DNA of 64,000 nt from NCBI GenBank assembly GCA_963804085.1, contig CAWDOQ010000016.1, positions 32,001 to 96,000 on the forward strand. Direction: 5' to 3'. The notes under the pieces were generated by a model. That model was not told where the DNA came from. It searched no databases and saw only the letters and a list, made by a program, of their open reading frames with translations. Every line of letters starts with the position of its first letter. Position 1 is the stretch's first letter. The translations under genes were made by a program, and so were the position numbers. Origin of the DNA: Chlamydiia bacterium (GTDB taxonomy: Bacteria > Chlamydiota > Chlamydiia > Chlamydiales > Rhabdochlamydiaceae). Below, in pieces: positions 39,615-49,864 of the stretch.

Positions 39615-40175
39615 ATGATCTACACACTAGAAAACGGGATCCAGATCACTTATCAACCGATGCCAAGCGCTCTTCCCGAAGAGTTCTTTGCACAGGTTCA
39701 GGCAGATCCGAAACAAGCCAAAGAGAGACTTGAAGGCTTTTACAAAACCCATCCAAAGCTTCCCGAAATCGCCAGCCTTTTGACATTTGTTTACATCCAA
39801 CTCAAAGAGGTTAAAAAAGCAGAGGCGCTTATTTTAGAGACCTACAAAAGACATCCGACACACCTCATTGCAAAGATTAACTACGCCGACCAGTGTTTGC
39901 GCAAGAAGAAAAAAGAGCTGATCCCCGCGATCTTCGAAAATACTTTTGATCTTTTCAAGCTCTATCCCGAAAAAAAACTCTTTCATATCTCCGAGTACCG
40001 CGGCTTTTTAGTCGTGATGGGTTTCTACCATTTAGCCATCAAAGAGAGAGCAAAGGCAGAAGAGTACCACCTGCTCGCCTGCCGTGCGGATCTTACACAT
40101 CCCAGCGTCATGGCTTTAGAAAAAAAGCTATTTCGCTTCCGTTTATTGCATAAATTTATTAGATTACAGCGCTAA
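39615..40175 (+). CDS. Hypothetical helical (TPR-like) protein
   Basis: Helical repeat pattern; coupled to lepB. Confidence 0.55.
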   Translation: MIYTLENGIQITYQPMPSALPEEFFAQVQADPKQAKERLEGFYKTHPKLPEIASLLTFVYIQLKEVKKAEALILETYKRHPTHLIAKINYADQCLRKKKKELIPAIFENTFDLFKLYPEKKLFHISEYRGFLVVMGFYHLAIKERAKAEEYHLLACRADLTHPSVMALEKKLFRFRLLHKFIRLQR

Positions 40176-42050
40176 TGAAATTGCCCTTTGCTCCTCCTAG
40201 ACCCTATTCTCTTCGCAAGTGCAAACAGATCTTGCACCAGGTCTATCACGTCTATAAAAAACGGGAAAAAACTCTCTCCCCTCCAGTAAGAGAGGAGATC
40301 AAAGCAGCGCTACTCTCTTTGCAAGAGGAGATCAACAAACAGAACCGGATGCAAGCCACACAGCTCGCAGAGCATCTTGAAACCCTCTGTAAACTCCACC
40401 TCAAAAAGAGCTTCTTTGAACAGATACGCGGTTTGGTAGGCGCGCTCGCTTTTGCACTAATCATTGCTGTGCTCGTCCGTCAAATCTGGTTTGAATTCTA
40501 CGAGATCCCTTCCGGTTCTATGCGCCCCACTTTGAAAGAGCAAGATAGACTGGTCGTCTCTAAAACAGATTTTGGCATCAACCTCCCCCTTACCACCGAC
40601 CACCTCTATTTCGATCCCGATCTAGTAAAGCGAAGCGGCATCTTTATCTTCACCGGCGAAAACATGGATATCCGCGATGTCGACACCCTCTACTTCTACC
40701 TCTTTCCCGGCAAGAAGCAATACATCAAGCGTCTAATGGGAAAACCGGGCGACACTCTCTATTTCTACGGCGGCAAAATTTTTGGAATAGACAAACAGGG
40801 AAACGACATCTCAGACGAGCTCAACCTCGCCTCATTAGATGCGATCGAACACATCCCTTTCCTCCATTTTGAAGGAAGAGTGTCGACCCCCAACTCCCCT
40901 GTCAACGGGATCTACTCCCCTGTCACCTTGCATCAAATGAATGAAGCGATCGCTCGCCTCTATGTCTTTGGGCAAAATGAGGCACGCGGGGAGATGTTAA
41001 AGGGAGCAGACAAAGGACAACTAGATTTTGGCGACCTTTGGGGCATGAAACATTTTGGCATGACCAGACTTCTCACCTCTCAGCAGATGAAGCAACTCTC
41101 AGACTATCCACTAGATGGCGCGGAAGATGCACCTCTGTATTTGGAGATTAGACACCACCCTTCGCTCGCATCATTGAAGATTGGACGCGATGAGTATATG
41201 CGCCTAAGACCTCTTTTAGGGACAAGCGCCTCTTATATCCCCTTGCAAGAGGCACACCTGCATGCACTTTTTGACAATCTCTACACAGCACGTTTTATCG
41301 TAAAAAATGGCTTTGTGATGCGTTACGGCATGAGTCAATCGCAAGCAGCAAGAGATCCCTTTTTGCCCCACCTTCCGGGCATCTCCGATGGCTGCTACGA
41401 GTTCTACAATGGAAAAGCCTACAAGATAAAGTGGCAAGGGATCACAGAAGAGCTCCCTCCATCTCACCCACTCTACCACTTCGATCCGCTGCGCCTGCAG
41501 CTTTTCTACAACGTGGGAATCGAGTTTGACATGCGTTTTGCTCCGCAGACAAAAAACCAGAGACTTCTTCCCGGACGTTATACCTACTTCCGCGACGGCG
41601 ACCTCTATCTTCTCGGCGCACCCAGTCATTAAAAAAGAGGATCCAACGCTTGTCCAATTTTTAGAAAGAGAAGAGAGGCTGGCAGCAAGCGCGCCCCACT
41701 ACAAAGCCTTTAAAGATGCAGGCCCTCCCTTCATAGCAGATGGCAAACTCGACGTAGAGCTCATCAAACAGTTCGGCCTTGTAATCCCCTCTGAGATGTA
41801 CCTCGCACTAGGCGACAACCACGCCATGAGCGCAGATAGCCGCGACTTCGGCTTTGTCCCGCAAGGCAACTTGCGCGGCGGACCCCTCTTCATCTTCTGG
41901 CCACCCGGCCCGCGCTGGGGTCTTCCCAACCAGCCCGCATACCCCTTCTTCAATCTTCCGCGCAGCCTTGTCTGGCTCTCGATCGCAATCGCGGTCGGCC
42001 TCTGGTACGCCTGGCACCGCAAGCGCATGCAGCGTCCCATCCAACTTTAA
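40175..42050 (+). CDS. lepB: Signal peptidase I, long chlamydial type; split by a frameshift near 41622
   Basis: IPSGSMRPTL and YIKRLMGKPGD in the first frame; LGDNHAMSADSRDFGFVP in the second frame. Confidence 0.88.
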
Positions 42051-42052
42051 CA

Positions 42053-45000
42053 TTATGATTTTGTAAGGAAGACAGTAGCAGGCTGGCCGTTGAGGTCCCA
42101 CTCTGTTCCTTCACAATCTGTGAAGGTGACGGAGGTGGCGAGCGTCTCATGTTCGATATAGGGCTTATGGAGACGGAAGCTCTCCTTTACCCGATCGGTG
42201 GTTTTGATTTTGATGTCGATCCGATCGGTTACGGCAAAGCCCATATCTCTTCGCATCGTGTTGATCTTGTTGACAAACTCGCGCGCAAGACCTTCGAGAA
42301 GAAGCGGCTCATCGAGGCTTGTGTCTAGCGCCACTGTGATCCCCTCGACCGTCATGGCAATTGTCCCTTCTAGCACCTTGCGCTCGACCGCGACATCTTC
42401 AGGAGTGAGAGTTAGCTTCTCGCCTTCCACCGTAATCTCGATCGCTTTTCCATTCATGAGCGAGGCGAGCTCTTTCTGGGGCAGCTCCTGCACCTTCTTT
42501 TGCACCGCATTCATCAGCTTGCCCACTTTTTTCCCGAGCACCCGGAAGTTGGGTTTGGGCACAAGAGAGACAAAGTCGGTCTCGTCTGCAAGATAGATGA
42601 GATCTTTCACATTTAGCTCGTCTGCGATCAGACTCTTCTGGTCTTTGAGCGCGCTTAAGACGCTCTCATCTGCTGCAATCACATGGGCTTTAGAAAGGGG
42701 CTGGCGCACCTTCACTTTATGCTCTTTTCTCAGCGAGTGGCCGGCGCTTACAACCGTTTGGACATAGGCCATCTCTTTTTCTAAAAGCTCATCACGCAGC
42801 TCAGCTTTGTATTCGGGATAATCACAGAGATGGACAGAAAGTGGATCGCTCTTTTTGCGCAGACTTAAAAAAATCGCATCGCTTAAAAAAGGAATAAAAG
42901 AGCAGGAGATCTTTGCAACCGTTGTGAGCACCGTGTAGAGCGTATGAAACGCCTCGTCGCGATCTTGCGTCGCCTCATCTGCCCAAAATCTGCCGCGGCT
43001 TCTTCTGATGTACCAGTTGGTGAGCTGATCGATAAAGCCGACAAAAGGAGCTACTGCTTCTGCAAGCTCATAACGGTTCATGGCGCTCTCGACAGTTTGT
43101 GTGAGCTTTTGCAAAAGCGAAAGGATCCAGCGATCGATGGCAGCAACAGGTGTTGCTGGGAGCTCATTTTTTGGCTCCCACTTGTAGATTCTTGCGTAGG
43201 TGGCCAGAAAGTGGTAGGAGTTCCAAAGAGGGATGAGCACCTGCCGCATCACAAGCTCCACTCCCCTTTCGGAAAAGCGCAGATCATCGCCTTGCACGGC
43301 AGGGCTGTTGAGCAGATAGAGGCGTACAGCATCTGCACCATACTGATTGAACATCACGTCAGGTTCCGGATAATTCTTTAGCCGCTTGGACATCTTGTTG
43401 CCATCTTCGGCAAGCAGTATCCCGTTTACGACCACATTCTTGAAGGCGGGTTTATCGAAGAGCGCAACAGAGAGCACCGTAAGCGTATAGAACCAGCCAC
43501 GCGTCTGATCGAGACCTTCTGCAATAAAGTCTGCCGGAAAGCCATCTTCCGTCTCTTTGCGATTTTCAAATGGATAGTGGTTTTGCGCGTAAGGCATCGA
43601 GCCCGACTCAAACCAGCAGTCGAACACTTCGGGAATGCGTTTAAAAACAGTTCCATTCTCAGTAAAAGTGAGATCGTCGATGAAGTGTCGGTGTAGATCG
43701 TCCAGTTTTTTCCCGATGCGATCTTCCAACTCTTTTTTCGAGGAGATGACGATACAATCGCCTCTCTCATTTCTCCAGATCGGGATCGGCGTGCCCCAGT
43801 AGCGATTTCTGGAGATCGCCCAGTCGCGTGCATTTTCTAGCCACTTGCCAAAACGTCCATCTTTTATGTGCTCCGGCACCCAGTGAATCTCTGCGTTAGC
43901 GGATAAAAGCCTCTCTTTGATCTTCTCAACTGCAACAAACCAAGTTTTCACAGCTTTGTAGATGAGTGGCGTGTCCGAGCGCCAGCAAAAGGGATAGCGG
44001 TGGCGGATCTGGCCGTGATGGAAAACCTTCTTTTCCGCTTTAAGACGCTTGATGATCTCCTTGTCTGCGTCTTTTACGAACATCCCCTCGTAGTCGGGAA
44101 CCTCGCGCGTGTATTTGCCGTTGTGATCGATTGGACAGACAACCTGAATCCCTTCGCGCGCGCAAACGTAAAAGTCGACCTCTCCAAATCCCGGAGCTGC
44201 ATGTAAAACCCCCGTTCCCTCTTCGCTCGACACACACTCGTCTACGAGAATGTGGAACGCCTTTTTGTCTTTCATCGTTGCAAAATAGGAAAAGAGCGGC
44301 TCGTAGCGTTTACCCTTGAGAGACTCTCCCTTAAAACGTGCAAGAACTTCGTAGGAAGCCGGATCTGAAAAATAGGTGGCGAGACGCGAGGCTGCCAGGA
44401 TGTAGATATTTCCTGTTTTAGCCTCTTTGATCTTCACATACTCCAGATCTCCACGGACGATTAGAGCCAAATTCATCGGAAGTGTCCAAGGAGTCGTCGT
44501 CCAGACAAGAAGCGTAGTGTCCGGCTCCTCTTGCAGTTGGAAGCGCACAGTTAAAGAGGGATCGTCTACATCTTTGTAGTTGAGATTCGCTTCAAAGTTA
44601 GAAAGAGGTGTGCCCAGCTGTGCAGAGAAGGGCATCACCTTAAACCCTTCGTAAACTAACCCGCGCGCATAGAGTTCGCCAAAGACCCACCAGACAGACT
44701 CCATGAAAGAGGTGTCCATCGTGTGCCAGGTGCGAGAAAAGTCGACCCAGCGCCCCATGCGATTGACTGTCCTCTCCCACTCCTGCGTGTAGCGAAGGAC
44801 GATCTTGCGGCACTCCTCGTTAAACGCAGCTATTCCAAACGTCTCAATCGATGCTGCGCCCGAGAGCTCTTTTGCTTTTTCAATCTCATTTTCTACGGGA
44901 AGACCGTGGCAGTCCCAGCCAAAACGGCGCGGCACATAAAAGCCCTGCATCGTGCGAAAACGCAAAACGACGTCCTTAATCGTGCCCGCTAAAATGTGAC

Positions 45001-45166
45001 CGTAGTGAGGAAGCCCCGTTGCAAACGGAGGACCATCATAGAAGGAAAAGAGAGGCGAGCCTTTGCGTCCAAGAAGAGATTTTTGGAAGATCTCCTCCCG
45101 TTTCCAAAAGCTCAGAATGCGCTCTTCTCTTACAGAAAAACTCTCGTCTGTGTGTGTCTCAAACAT
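42053..45166 (-). CDS. ileS: Isoleucine--tRNA ligase (type 2, eukaryote-like)
   Basis: DGPPFATGLPHYGH, GWDCHGLP, WTTTPWT, ISRNRYWG and KMSKR motifs. Confidence 0.95.
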   Translation of the reverse strand: MFETHTDESFSVREERILSFWKREEIFQKSLLGRKGSPLFSFYDGPPFATGLPHYGHILAGTIKDVVLRFRTMQGFYVPRRFGWDCHGLPVENEIEKAKELSGAASIETFGIAAFNEECRKIVLRYTQEWERTVNRMGRWVDFSRTWHTMDTSFMESVWWVFGELYARGLVYEGFKVMPFSAQLGTPLSNFEANLNYKDVDDPSLTVRFQLQEEPDTTLLVWTTTPWTLPMNLALIVRGDLEYVKIKEAKTGNIYILAASRLATYFSDPASYEVLARFKGESLKGKRYEPLFSYFATMKDKKAFHILVDECVSSEEGTGVLHAAPGFGEVDFYVCAREGIQVVCPIDHNGKYTREVPDYEGMFVKDADKEIIKRLKAEKKVFHHGQIRHRYPFCWRSDTPLIYKAVKTWFVAVEKIKERLLSANAEIHWVPEHIKDGRFGKWLENARDWAISRNRYWGTPIPIWRNERGDCIVISSKKELEDRIGKKLDDLHRHFIDDLTFTENGTVFKRIPEVFDCWFESGSMPYAQNHYPFENRKETEDGFPADFIAEGLDQTRGWFYTLTVLSVALFDKPAFKNVVVNGILLAEDGNKMSKRLKNYPEPDVMFNQYGADAVRLYLLNSPAVQGDDLRFSERGVELVMRQVLIPLWNSYHFLATYARIYKWEPKNELPATPVAAIDRWILSLLQKLTQTVESAMNRYELAEAVAPFVGFIDQLTNWYIRRSRGRFWADEATQDRDEAFHTLYTVLTTVAKISCSFIPFLSDAIFLSLRKKSDPLSVHLCDYPEYKAELRDELLEKEMAYVQTVVSAGHSLRKEHKVKVRQPLSKAHVIAADESVLSALKDQKSLIADELNVKDLIYLADETDFVSLVPKPNFRVLGKKVGKLMNAVQKKVQELPQKELASLMNGKAIEITVEGEKLTLTPEDVAVERKVLEGTIAMTVEGITVALDTSLDEPLLLEGLAREFVNKINTMRRDMGFAVTDRIDIKIKTTDRVKESFRLHKPYIEHETLATSVTFTDCEGTEWDLNGQPATVFLTKS

Positions 45167-45201
45167 GCCTGCACATACTAACAAAAGTTAATAGATAAAA
45201 T

Positions 45202-45714
45202 CTAGCGAGCGTCGCCTAAAAAATTACGAATCCCCTCTTTGCTCTCCCATAAACAATCCGCAAGATTCTTGTAGACCCGGTCAGCCAAAGTGGGAGAAAA
45301 GAGCCCTAAAACACAAATACCTATGGAAGCTCCTGACATACCTGAAACTAGAAGCAGCTGCTTGGCTGTGAAATTGATCTTCGGATCCTTGCATAAACTC
45401 ACTAAAGCCGAGAGAGCAAAAATAAGAGCTAAAATGCAATTGTGCACCAGGCAGACAAACGAGATAAACCCCGCCTCAAAATGGTGCGCACGCGAGGTTA
45501 GCAATGCCGGATCCCAGCCGCTTACCTCTCTACTTAAATAATCTTCATTTTTTTCGGAGACTCGAGACACTGTGTGTAGTGCGACAGAACCGATCATTTG
45601 ATGTAAGGTTGCATTTTTAGCCTCTAGACTAGTCAGAGCTTTTTCGCCTAACTCCTCTACTTTTTTTAGTACTTGTGTAGCCGTGTCTACTACTCCTGGA
45701 ACAGCCGTTGTCAT
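45202..45714 (-). CDS. Hypothetical membrane protein
   Basis: 170-aa ORF with two hydrophobic segments; SD gagg. Confidence 0.55.
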   Translation of the reverse strand: MTTAVPGVVDTATQVLKKVEELGEKALTSLEAKNATLHQMIGSVALHTVSRVSEKNEDYLSREVSGWDPALLTSRAHHFEAGFISFVCLVHNCILALIFALSALVSLCKDPKINFTAKQLLLVSGMSGASIGICVLGLFSPTLADRVYKNLADCLWESKEGIRNFLGDAR

Positions 45715-45816
45715 ATTTCCATCTCCTCATTGTAATTAATTAAGCTACAGAGCATTATAGGCAAAACTCTCATTTATTGAGAGAATTAAATTATTGCTTT
45801 TGTTATGTTAATTTGT

Positions 45817-46187
45817 GGGGGTGTAAAGGTTTCGACTTAGGGACAAAGTATCAGTGGCATGCGGAGGATGTCGGTTGGCCTCCTTAATCATCCGATAAAA
45901 AAAGAATTGATACTAACGAAGAATATCAATTAGCTGCTTAAGACCTAACAGTCTTAAACGCTCGTGTAATCTAGTGCCTGACCAGGAGCGCTAGAACTAC
46001 ATGTCATCAACCCTGGTATGAACCTGCTCTGTCCTGCTTTTACAGAGTAGAATTCGAGACAGAAAAAGCAAGGCGGCCCGAAGTGGGGCGTCTTTCAGCA
46101 CGGCCGCCTAAAACTACAAAGACGATAAGCATGTAGTCATTGATATAGAGTTTGCTAAGGACGAGAGTTCGATTCTCTCCACCTCCA
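45817..46187 (+). ncRNA. ssrA: tmRNA; tag ORF 45909-45941 encodes (A)DTNEEYQLAA
   Basis: 5' GGGGGTGTAAAGGTTTCGAC; 3' T-arm GAGAGTTCGATTCTCTC followed by CACCTCCA; tag ends LAA-stop. Confidence 0.93.
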
Positions 46188-46226
46188 AAATTCAGACTAA
46201 ACCAAATCAAATAAGATTAAGATCAT

Positions 46227-46260
46227 AAGGGACTTACGGGAAACCGATAAGTCCCTTTTT
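46227..46260 (+). terminator. Intrinsic terminator downstream of ssrA (element-supplied)
   Basis: aagggactta...taagtccc followed by ttttt. Confidence 0.7.
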
Positions 46261-46530
46261 ATTTCTTTAAGCTACTTTTTTCCGGCCAAGTGCGTAAAAT
46301 TTGCGTAATCGAAAACCCTTCGACTGGAGGGACTCATATCGCGTCCTCCTCTCTATCAATTTTTCAAAGAGGAACCATGTCCATAAAACTGAATTTCAAA
46401 CCGAAAACCCTTAAGTATGACCTAAATGCTAAGGATTACTCGCCGCTCATTCTGGGCGAGGCTACCGAACTCATCCCCGATATCGAAAAGTACCGAGAGA
46501 AATTTCCGAACAATTCAAACTGTTTTCTGT

Positions 46531-47130
46531 TTATGTGAAATTGGCATACCCTATGTAGATGGCTGTTGCAATCAATAATAAACCAGTCAAAAGATTAAAT
46601 ATGCGCAAACGAAACCGACTCTTTAATAACAAAGATAGTTTCTCCCCCAAAAATGCCCAAATAGCCAGTGAAATATAACAAATAAAAAAATAGATGCTAA
46701 CGAATGTTAAAAAAGATCCGTAACTTTCTGGGTTAGAAAAGATTGAAACACCAGATACACATGCAATCCATGCTTTAGGATTTACCCACTGAAGCACAAA
46801 GCCTTCATAAAATTTAGGGATATCCGTTTTTTTTACTTTTATTTCAGGATGTGAAGAAGCTATTTTATATCCCATATAAATAATATATAAAACCCCCGCA
46901 ACAGAAATGAAGGTGAGCAGAAATGGGTACGCTTCAATAAATTTTTTAAAAAAAAGTCCCACAAAAAGCAAGAGCAACGTAAAGCCTATCGTTGCTCCTG
47001 ATACATAAGGAATTGTTTTCTTTACGCCATAATCAACACCAGATGAAAGAATAATCATGTTCACGGGTCCTGGGGAAATTGACATTGCTAAAGAAAACGA
47101 AAACATTGCAAATATAAGGGAAAGGGACAT
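46531..47130 (-). CDS. LysE family translocator
   Basis: ISPGPVN and QWVNPKAW motifs. Confidence 0.88.
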   Translation of the reverse strand: MSLSLIFAMFSFSLAMSISPGPVNMIILSSGVDYGVKKTIPYVSGATIGFTLLLLFVGLFFKKFIEAYPFLLTFISVAGVLYIIYMGYKIASSHPEIKVKKTDIPKFYEGFVLQWVNPKAWIACVSGVSIFSNPESYGSFLTFVSIYFFICYISLAIWAFLGEKLSLLLKSRFRLRIFNLLTGLLLIATAIYIGYANFT

Positions 47131-47251
47131 CAGTACTCCTACGTGTTTTCTTTTTCGACTTTGTGTAATTTGGTGATCAACTCGCTACTAGAATCGAGGA
47201 GATCGGAAAAATGCAGGTCAGTCAAATCGAAAGCTATGATGAATGAATCAA

Positions 47252-47662
47252 TCATCTGAGCAACCCCAGCGAACCTGTATATTTATTGACGAGTTTGCGA
47301 TTGCCATAAATGGCGATACCGTAATAGTTCAAGACCTCTTTTGCGCTCTTTTTCAGCTGCGCGGCATATTCCTCATAGGAAGCAGTGTTTGAAGTTGCGT
47401 CAATTAAATCTACCACTGTCAATTCTCCTTCATGAAGTTTAAGCCCCTCCCGAATTTCTTTGAGCTTGCCTGCTCCTTTTAAGACGGGCAGAGGTACAGT
47501 TGTGATCCCCTGATGCTCATGGCCCGAGCCATCCTCTAAATTGCGGCCGACTAAATCGGGGTGGAGCTTGCCAATACTCATCATTAGAACGGCGGCCGAA
47601 TTCACCAACAGACCTAAGGACAGGTTCTCATCTAACACTATAACACATTTATTCTCCGACAT
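47252..47662 (-). CDS. DUF2000-like (PTH2-fold) protein
   Basis: KCVIVLDENL.GL..N.AAV, HQGI...P and VNKYTGSLGLLR pattern. Confidence 0.7.
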   Translation of the reverse strand: MSENKCVIVLDENLSLGLLVNSAAVLMMSIGKLHPDLVGRNLEDGSGHEHQGITTVPLPVLKGAGKLKEIREGLKLHEGELTVVDLIDATSNTASYEEYAAQLKKSAKEVLNYYGIAIYGNRKLVNKYTGSLGLLR

Positions 47663-47752
47663 GCTTCCCCCTGTTTTTTCTCCACTCTACCATGTTGTAG
47701 ATTAAGTGATAATATGCTATAACTTGAATTCACTGTTTTATGAGATCGATCA

Positions 47753-48625
47753 ATGTTTGATGAACTTAGGGCGATTGCCGTCTTCGCCAAAACTATTGAG
47801 ACTGGCTCTTTTAGGGGATGCGCTAAAGCTTTAGGACTATCTCCTTCTGTAGTGAGCCATCACATTGCACAACTCGAGCACAAACTAGGTCTGACCCTTT
47901 TATATCGCTCCACGCGCAAAATGTCTTTAACAGCGGAAGGAGAACAGCTTTATGAAGCATCAAAAAAAATGCTAGAAGCTATCGAATTTGGCCTCGACGC
48001 AATCTTACCAGCAGCAAAAAAGCCTTCTGGAACATTAAAAGTGACTATGCCTTCGATTCTGGTGCGCAGCGGCCTGATGCAGAAAATTGCCCAGTTTTGT
48101 TGTGAGCTTCCGAATGTCAAACTTGATCTCAACTTTACCGATAAAACCGTTGATTTAATAGAAGAGAGGTTCGATATCGGAATTAGGATTGGCACACTCA
48201 AAGAGAGCGGTTTAATGGCAAAAAAATTATTCTCCTTTGGCCGAAAGCTCGTCTGTTCCCCTTTGTTTTTTAAAAAACAGGCCAAGGCTAAAATACCTGA
48301 AGATCTGGGCACTTGGCGTTGGATCGGGACGAGATGCGCCCCTTTGTCGCGCCGGTTTAGAAACAGCGCAGGACAGAGTGTTGTTGTCGACTACCAACCG
48401 AATTTAATGTGCGATTCAGTGGATGCCGCCTACCAGCTTGCCGTTGCAGGGGTCGGTTTGAGTTCGCCTCCCGATTTCTTGGTTGAGAAAGATATCAAAG
48501 AAGGAAAACTCGTGGAAGTTCTTCCGGAATGGCAAATGGAGCCGTTGAATGTCTATGCAATCTGGCCCAAAAACCTCTTAAAAAACAACCTAGCTTCCAG
48601 ATTTAGATGCAGTCTTGCAAGCTAA
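47753..48625 (+). CDS. LysR family transcriptional regulator
   Basis: GSFRGCAKALGLSPSVVSHHIAQLE...LLYRSTR HTH; divergent from DUF2000/LysE. Confidence 0.92.
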   Translation: MFDELRAIAVFAKTIETGSFRGCAKALGLSPSVVSHHIAQLEHKLGLTLLYRSTRKMSLTAEGEQLYEASKKMLEAIEFGLDAILPAAKKPSGTLKVTMPSILVRSGLMQKIAQFCCELPNVKLDLNFTDKTVDLIEERFDIGIRIGTLKESGLMAKKLFSFGRKLVCSPLFFKKQAKAKIPEDLGTWRWIGTRCAPLSRRFRNSAGQSVVVDYQPNLMCDSVDAAYQLAVAGVGLSSPPDFLVEKDIKEGKLVEVLPEWQMEPLNVYAIWPKNLLKNNLASRFRCSLAS

Positions 48626-48714
48626 TTCTGATCAATATGTCCTGTGTGCACCGCTTGTTATAAGAGCCGTATACCATCTTCTTCCAGGGGATTACAATGA
48701 ATGGTGTTCTATGC

Positions 48715-48966
48715 TTAAGACTCTTGAAATTGAAATAATACATCTTTGCTAGTTTTGATGAGTTCCATTACCTCTTTATGCTTTGCCTTGGCTTCTTTGG
48801 TATAACCCCCATGCTTGATAACAGAGCGACGTGCCCTTTCTTTGCCTGCTTGAGATCTAGGCCCTCTAGAACGCCCACCGTGCATCCGACAGGTTGACTT
48901 CTTCCGGATAGCCCAATTTCGACATTGCCGTCTTGATCTTTTGCTGGTAGCTGTACACTGTCCCAT
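48715..48966 (-). CDS. HGGxSTG-domain protein
   Basis: C.A.SKR....C........CRMHGGRSRGPRS..GK.......KHG. Confidence 0.8.
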   Translation of the reverse strand: MGQCTATSKRSRRQCRNWAIRKKSTCRMHGGRSRGPRSQAGKERARRSVIKHGGYTKEAKAKHKEVMELIKTSKDVLFQFQES

Positions 48967-48978
48967 GATGCAAGGGGT

Positions 48979-49608
48979 TTAATCCAAGGATTTTTTCCCA
49001 ATCCCTCCCCCAGCCGCCGAAACGTTCTGAGCAACAATTGCCTGCCCCTCATTGTAAACATGGACTACTTGCACGGTTTGTTGCCCCTTGGATCGATATT
49101 TCAACAGGGCTTGCATAGTCTGATTTGCCACGTTGAAGAGTTTGGTCGCTAAATTGATGTAGCGCTCTATATGGTAAAAACCCTCTTGAAAGTGAGCTTG
49201 GCGTAAGCAGTCCATAGCCGAGTTTTGCAAAGTCAAAAATTGTCCTGCAAGGAGTGCCTCAGTCTCATCTTGTGGCCTGAGCGTTGGAAGCAAAGAGGAC
49301 ATGCGTGTCAAGCGCTGTTCTTCCGTCGAGTCACACATACCACGGGATACTTGAGCAAGCAGAGCAACGGAATAGTTGAAATCACCAGTACCCGTTGTTT
49401 TTTTGAAAGCCTCAACAAACCGTCCCTTTGATTCGTGGGTCAGTCTCGTACCATCTGACAAAACTAAATCCAACTGCCCCTTGCTTGATTTATCATCCGA
49501 TCCTTTCTGAAATTTTAGGGATGGCCCTAACGGCTCTACACTCATCGGTAACTTTTGCGTAAGGTCAGCATTAACAACAGCCTTTTGCTCTTGTACATTC
49601 TCTTTCAT
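48979..49608 (-). CDS. Hypothetical mobile-element protein
   Basis: PQDETEALLAGQ...L.KYR.KGQQTVQVVHVYNEGQAIV; sits directly upstream of the HGGxSTG gene. Confidence 0.6.
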   Translation of the reverse strand: MKENVQEQKAVVNADLTQKLPMSVEPLGPSLKFQKGSDDKSSKGQLDLVLSDGTRLTHESKGRFVEAFKKTTGTGDFNYSVALLAQVSRGMCDSTEEQRLTRMSSLLPTLRPQDETEALLAGQFLTLQNSAMDCLRQAHFQEGFYHIERYINLATKLFNVANQTMQALLKYRSKGQQTVQVVHVYNEGQAIVAQNVSAAGGGIGKKSLD

Positions 49609-49864
49609 ATTTTTCGCTCCCTCGGTAACGCTTCAAAGTTACCGCTTAACAGTTTCATAAATAATATATTACACATGTCGGTAGCTGGTAACATCAACTT
49701 ACACCTGTTCTTTGCACAATGTGGCAGTAACCTTAACCCGCGCCTCCCTTTCGCTTTGCCACAGACATTCTCTGCTACCGCGCTACCGAAAAAACATAAC
49801 AATCTAAAAAAACAATACATTACACCTAAAAATCAAGCGTTACTCTGGGGTAACATAGTAGCGC

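Noticed and set aside
41600..41640. Programmed frameshift in lepB
   Set aside because: No slippery heptamer or stimulator; an indel error is more likely
46377..46538. Short ORF with SD at the left end of the element
   Set aside because: May be a remnant truncated by the LysE cassette, but there is no motif to support a call
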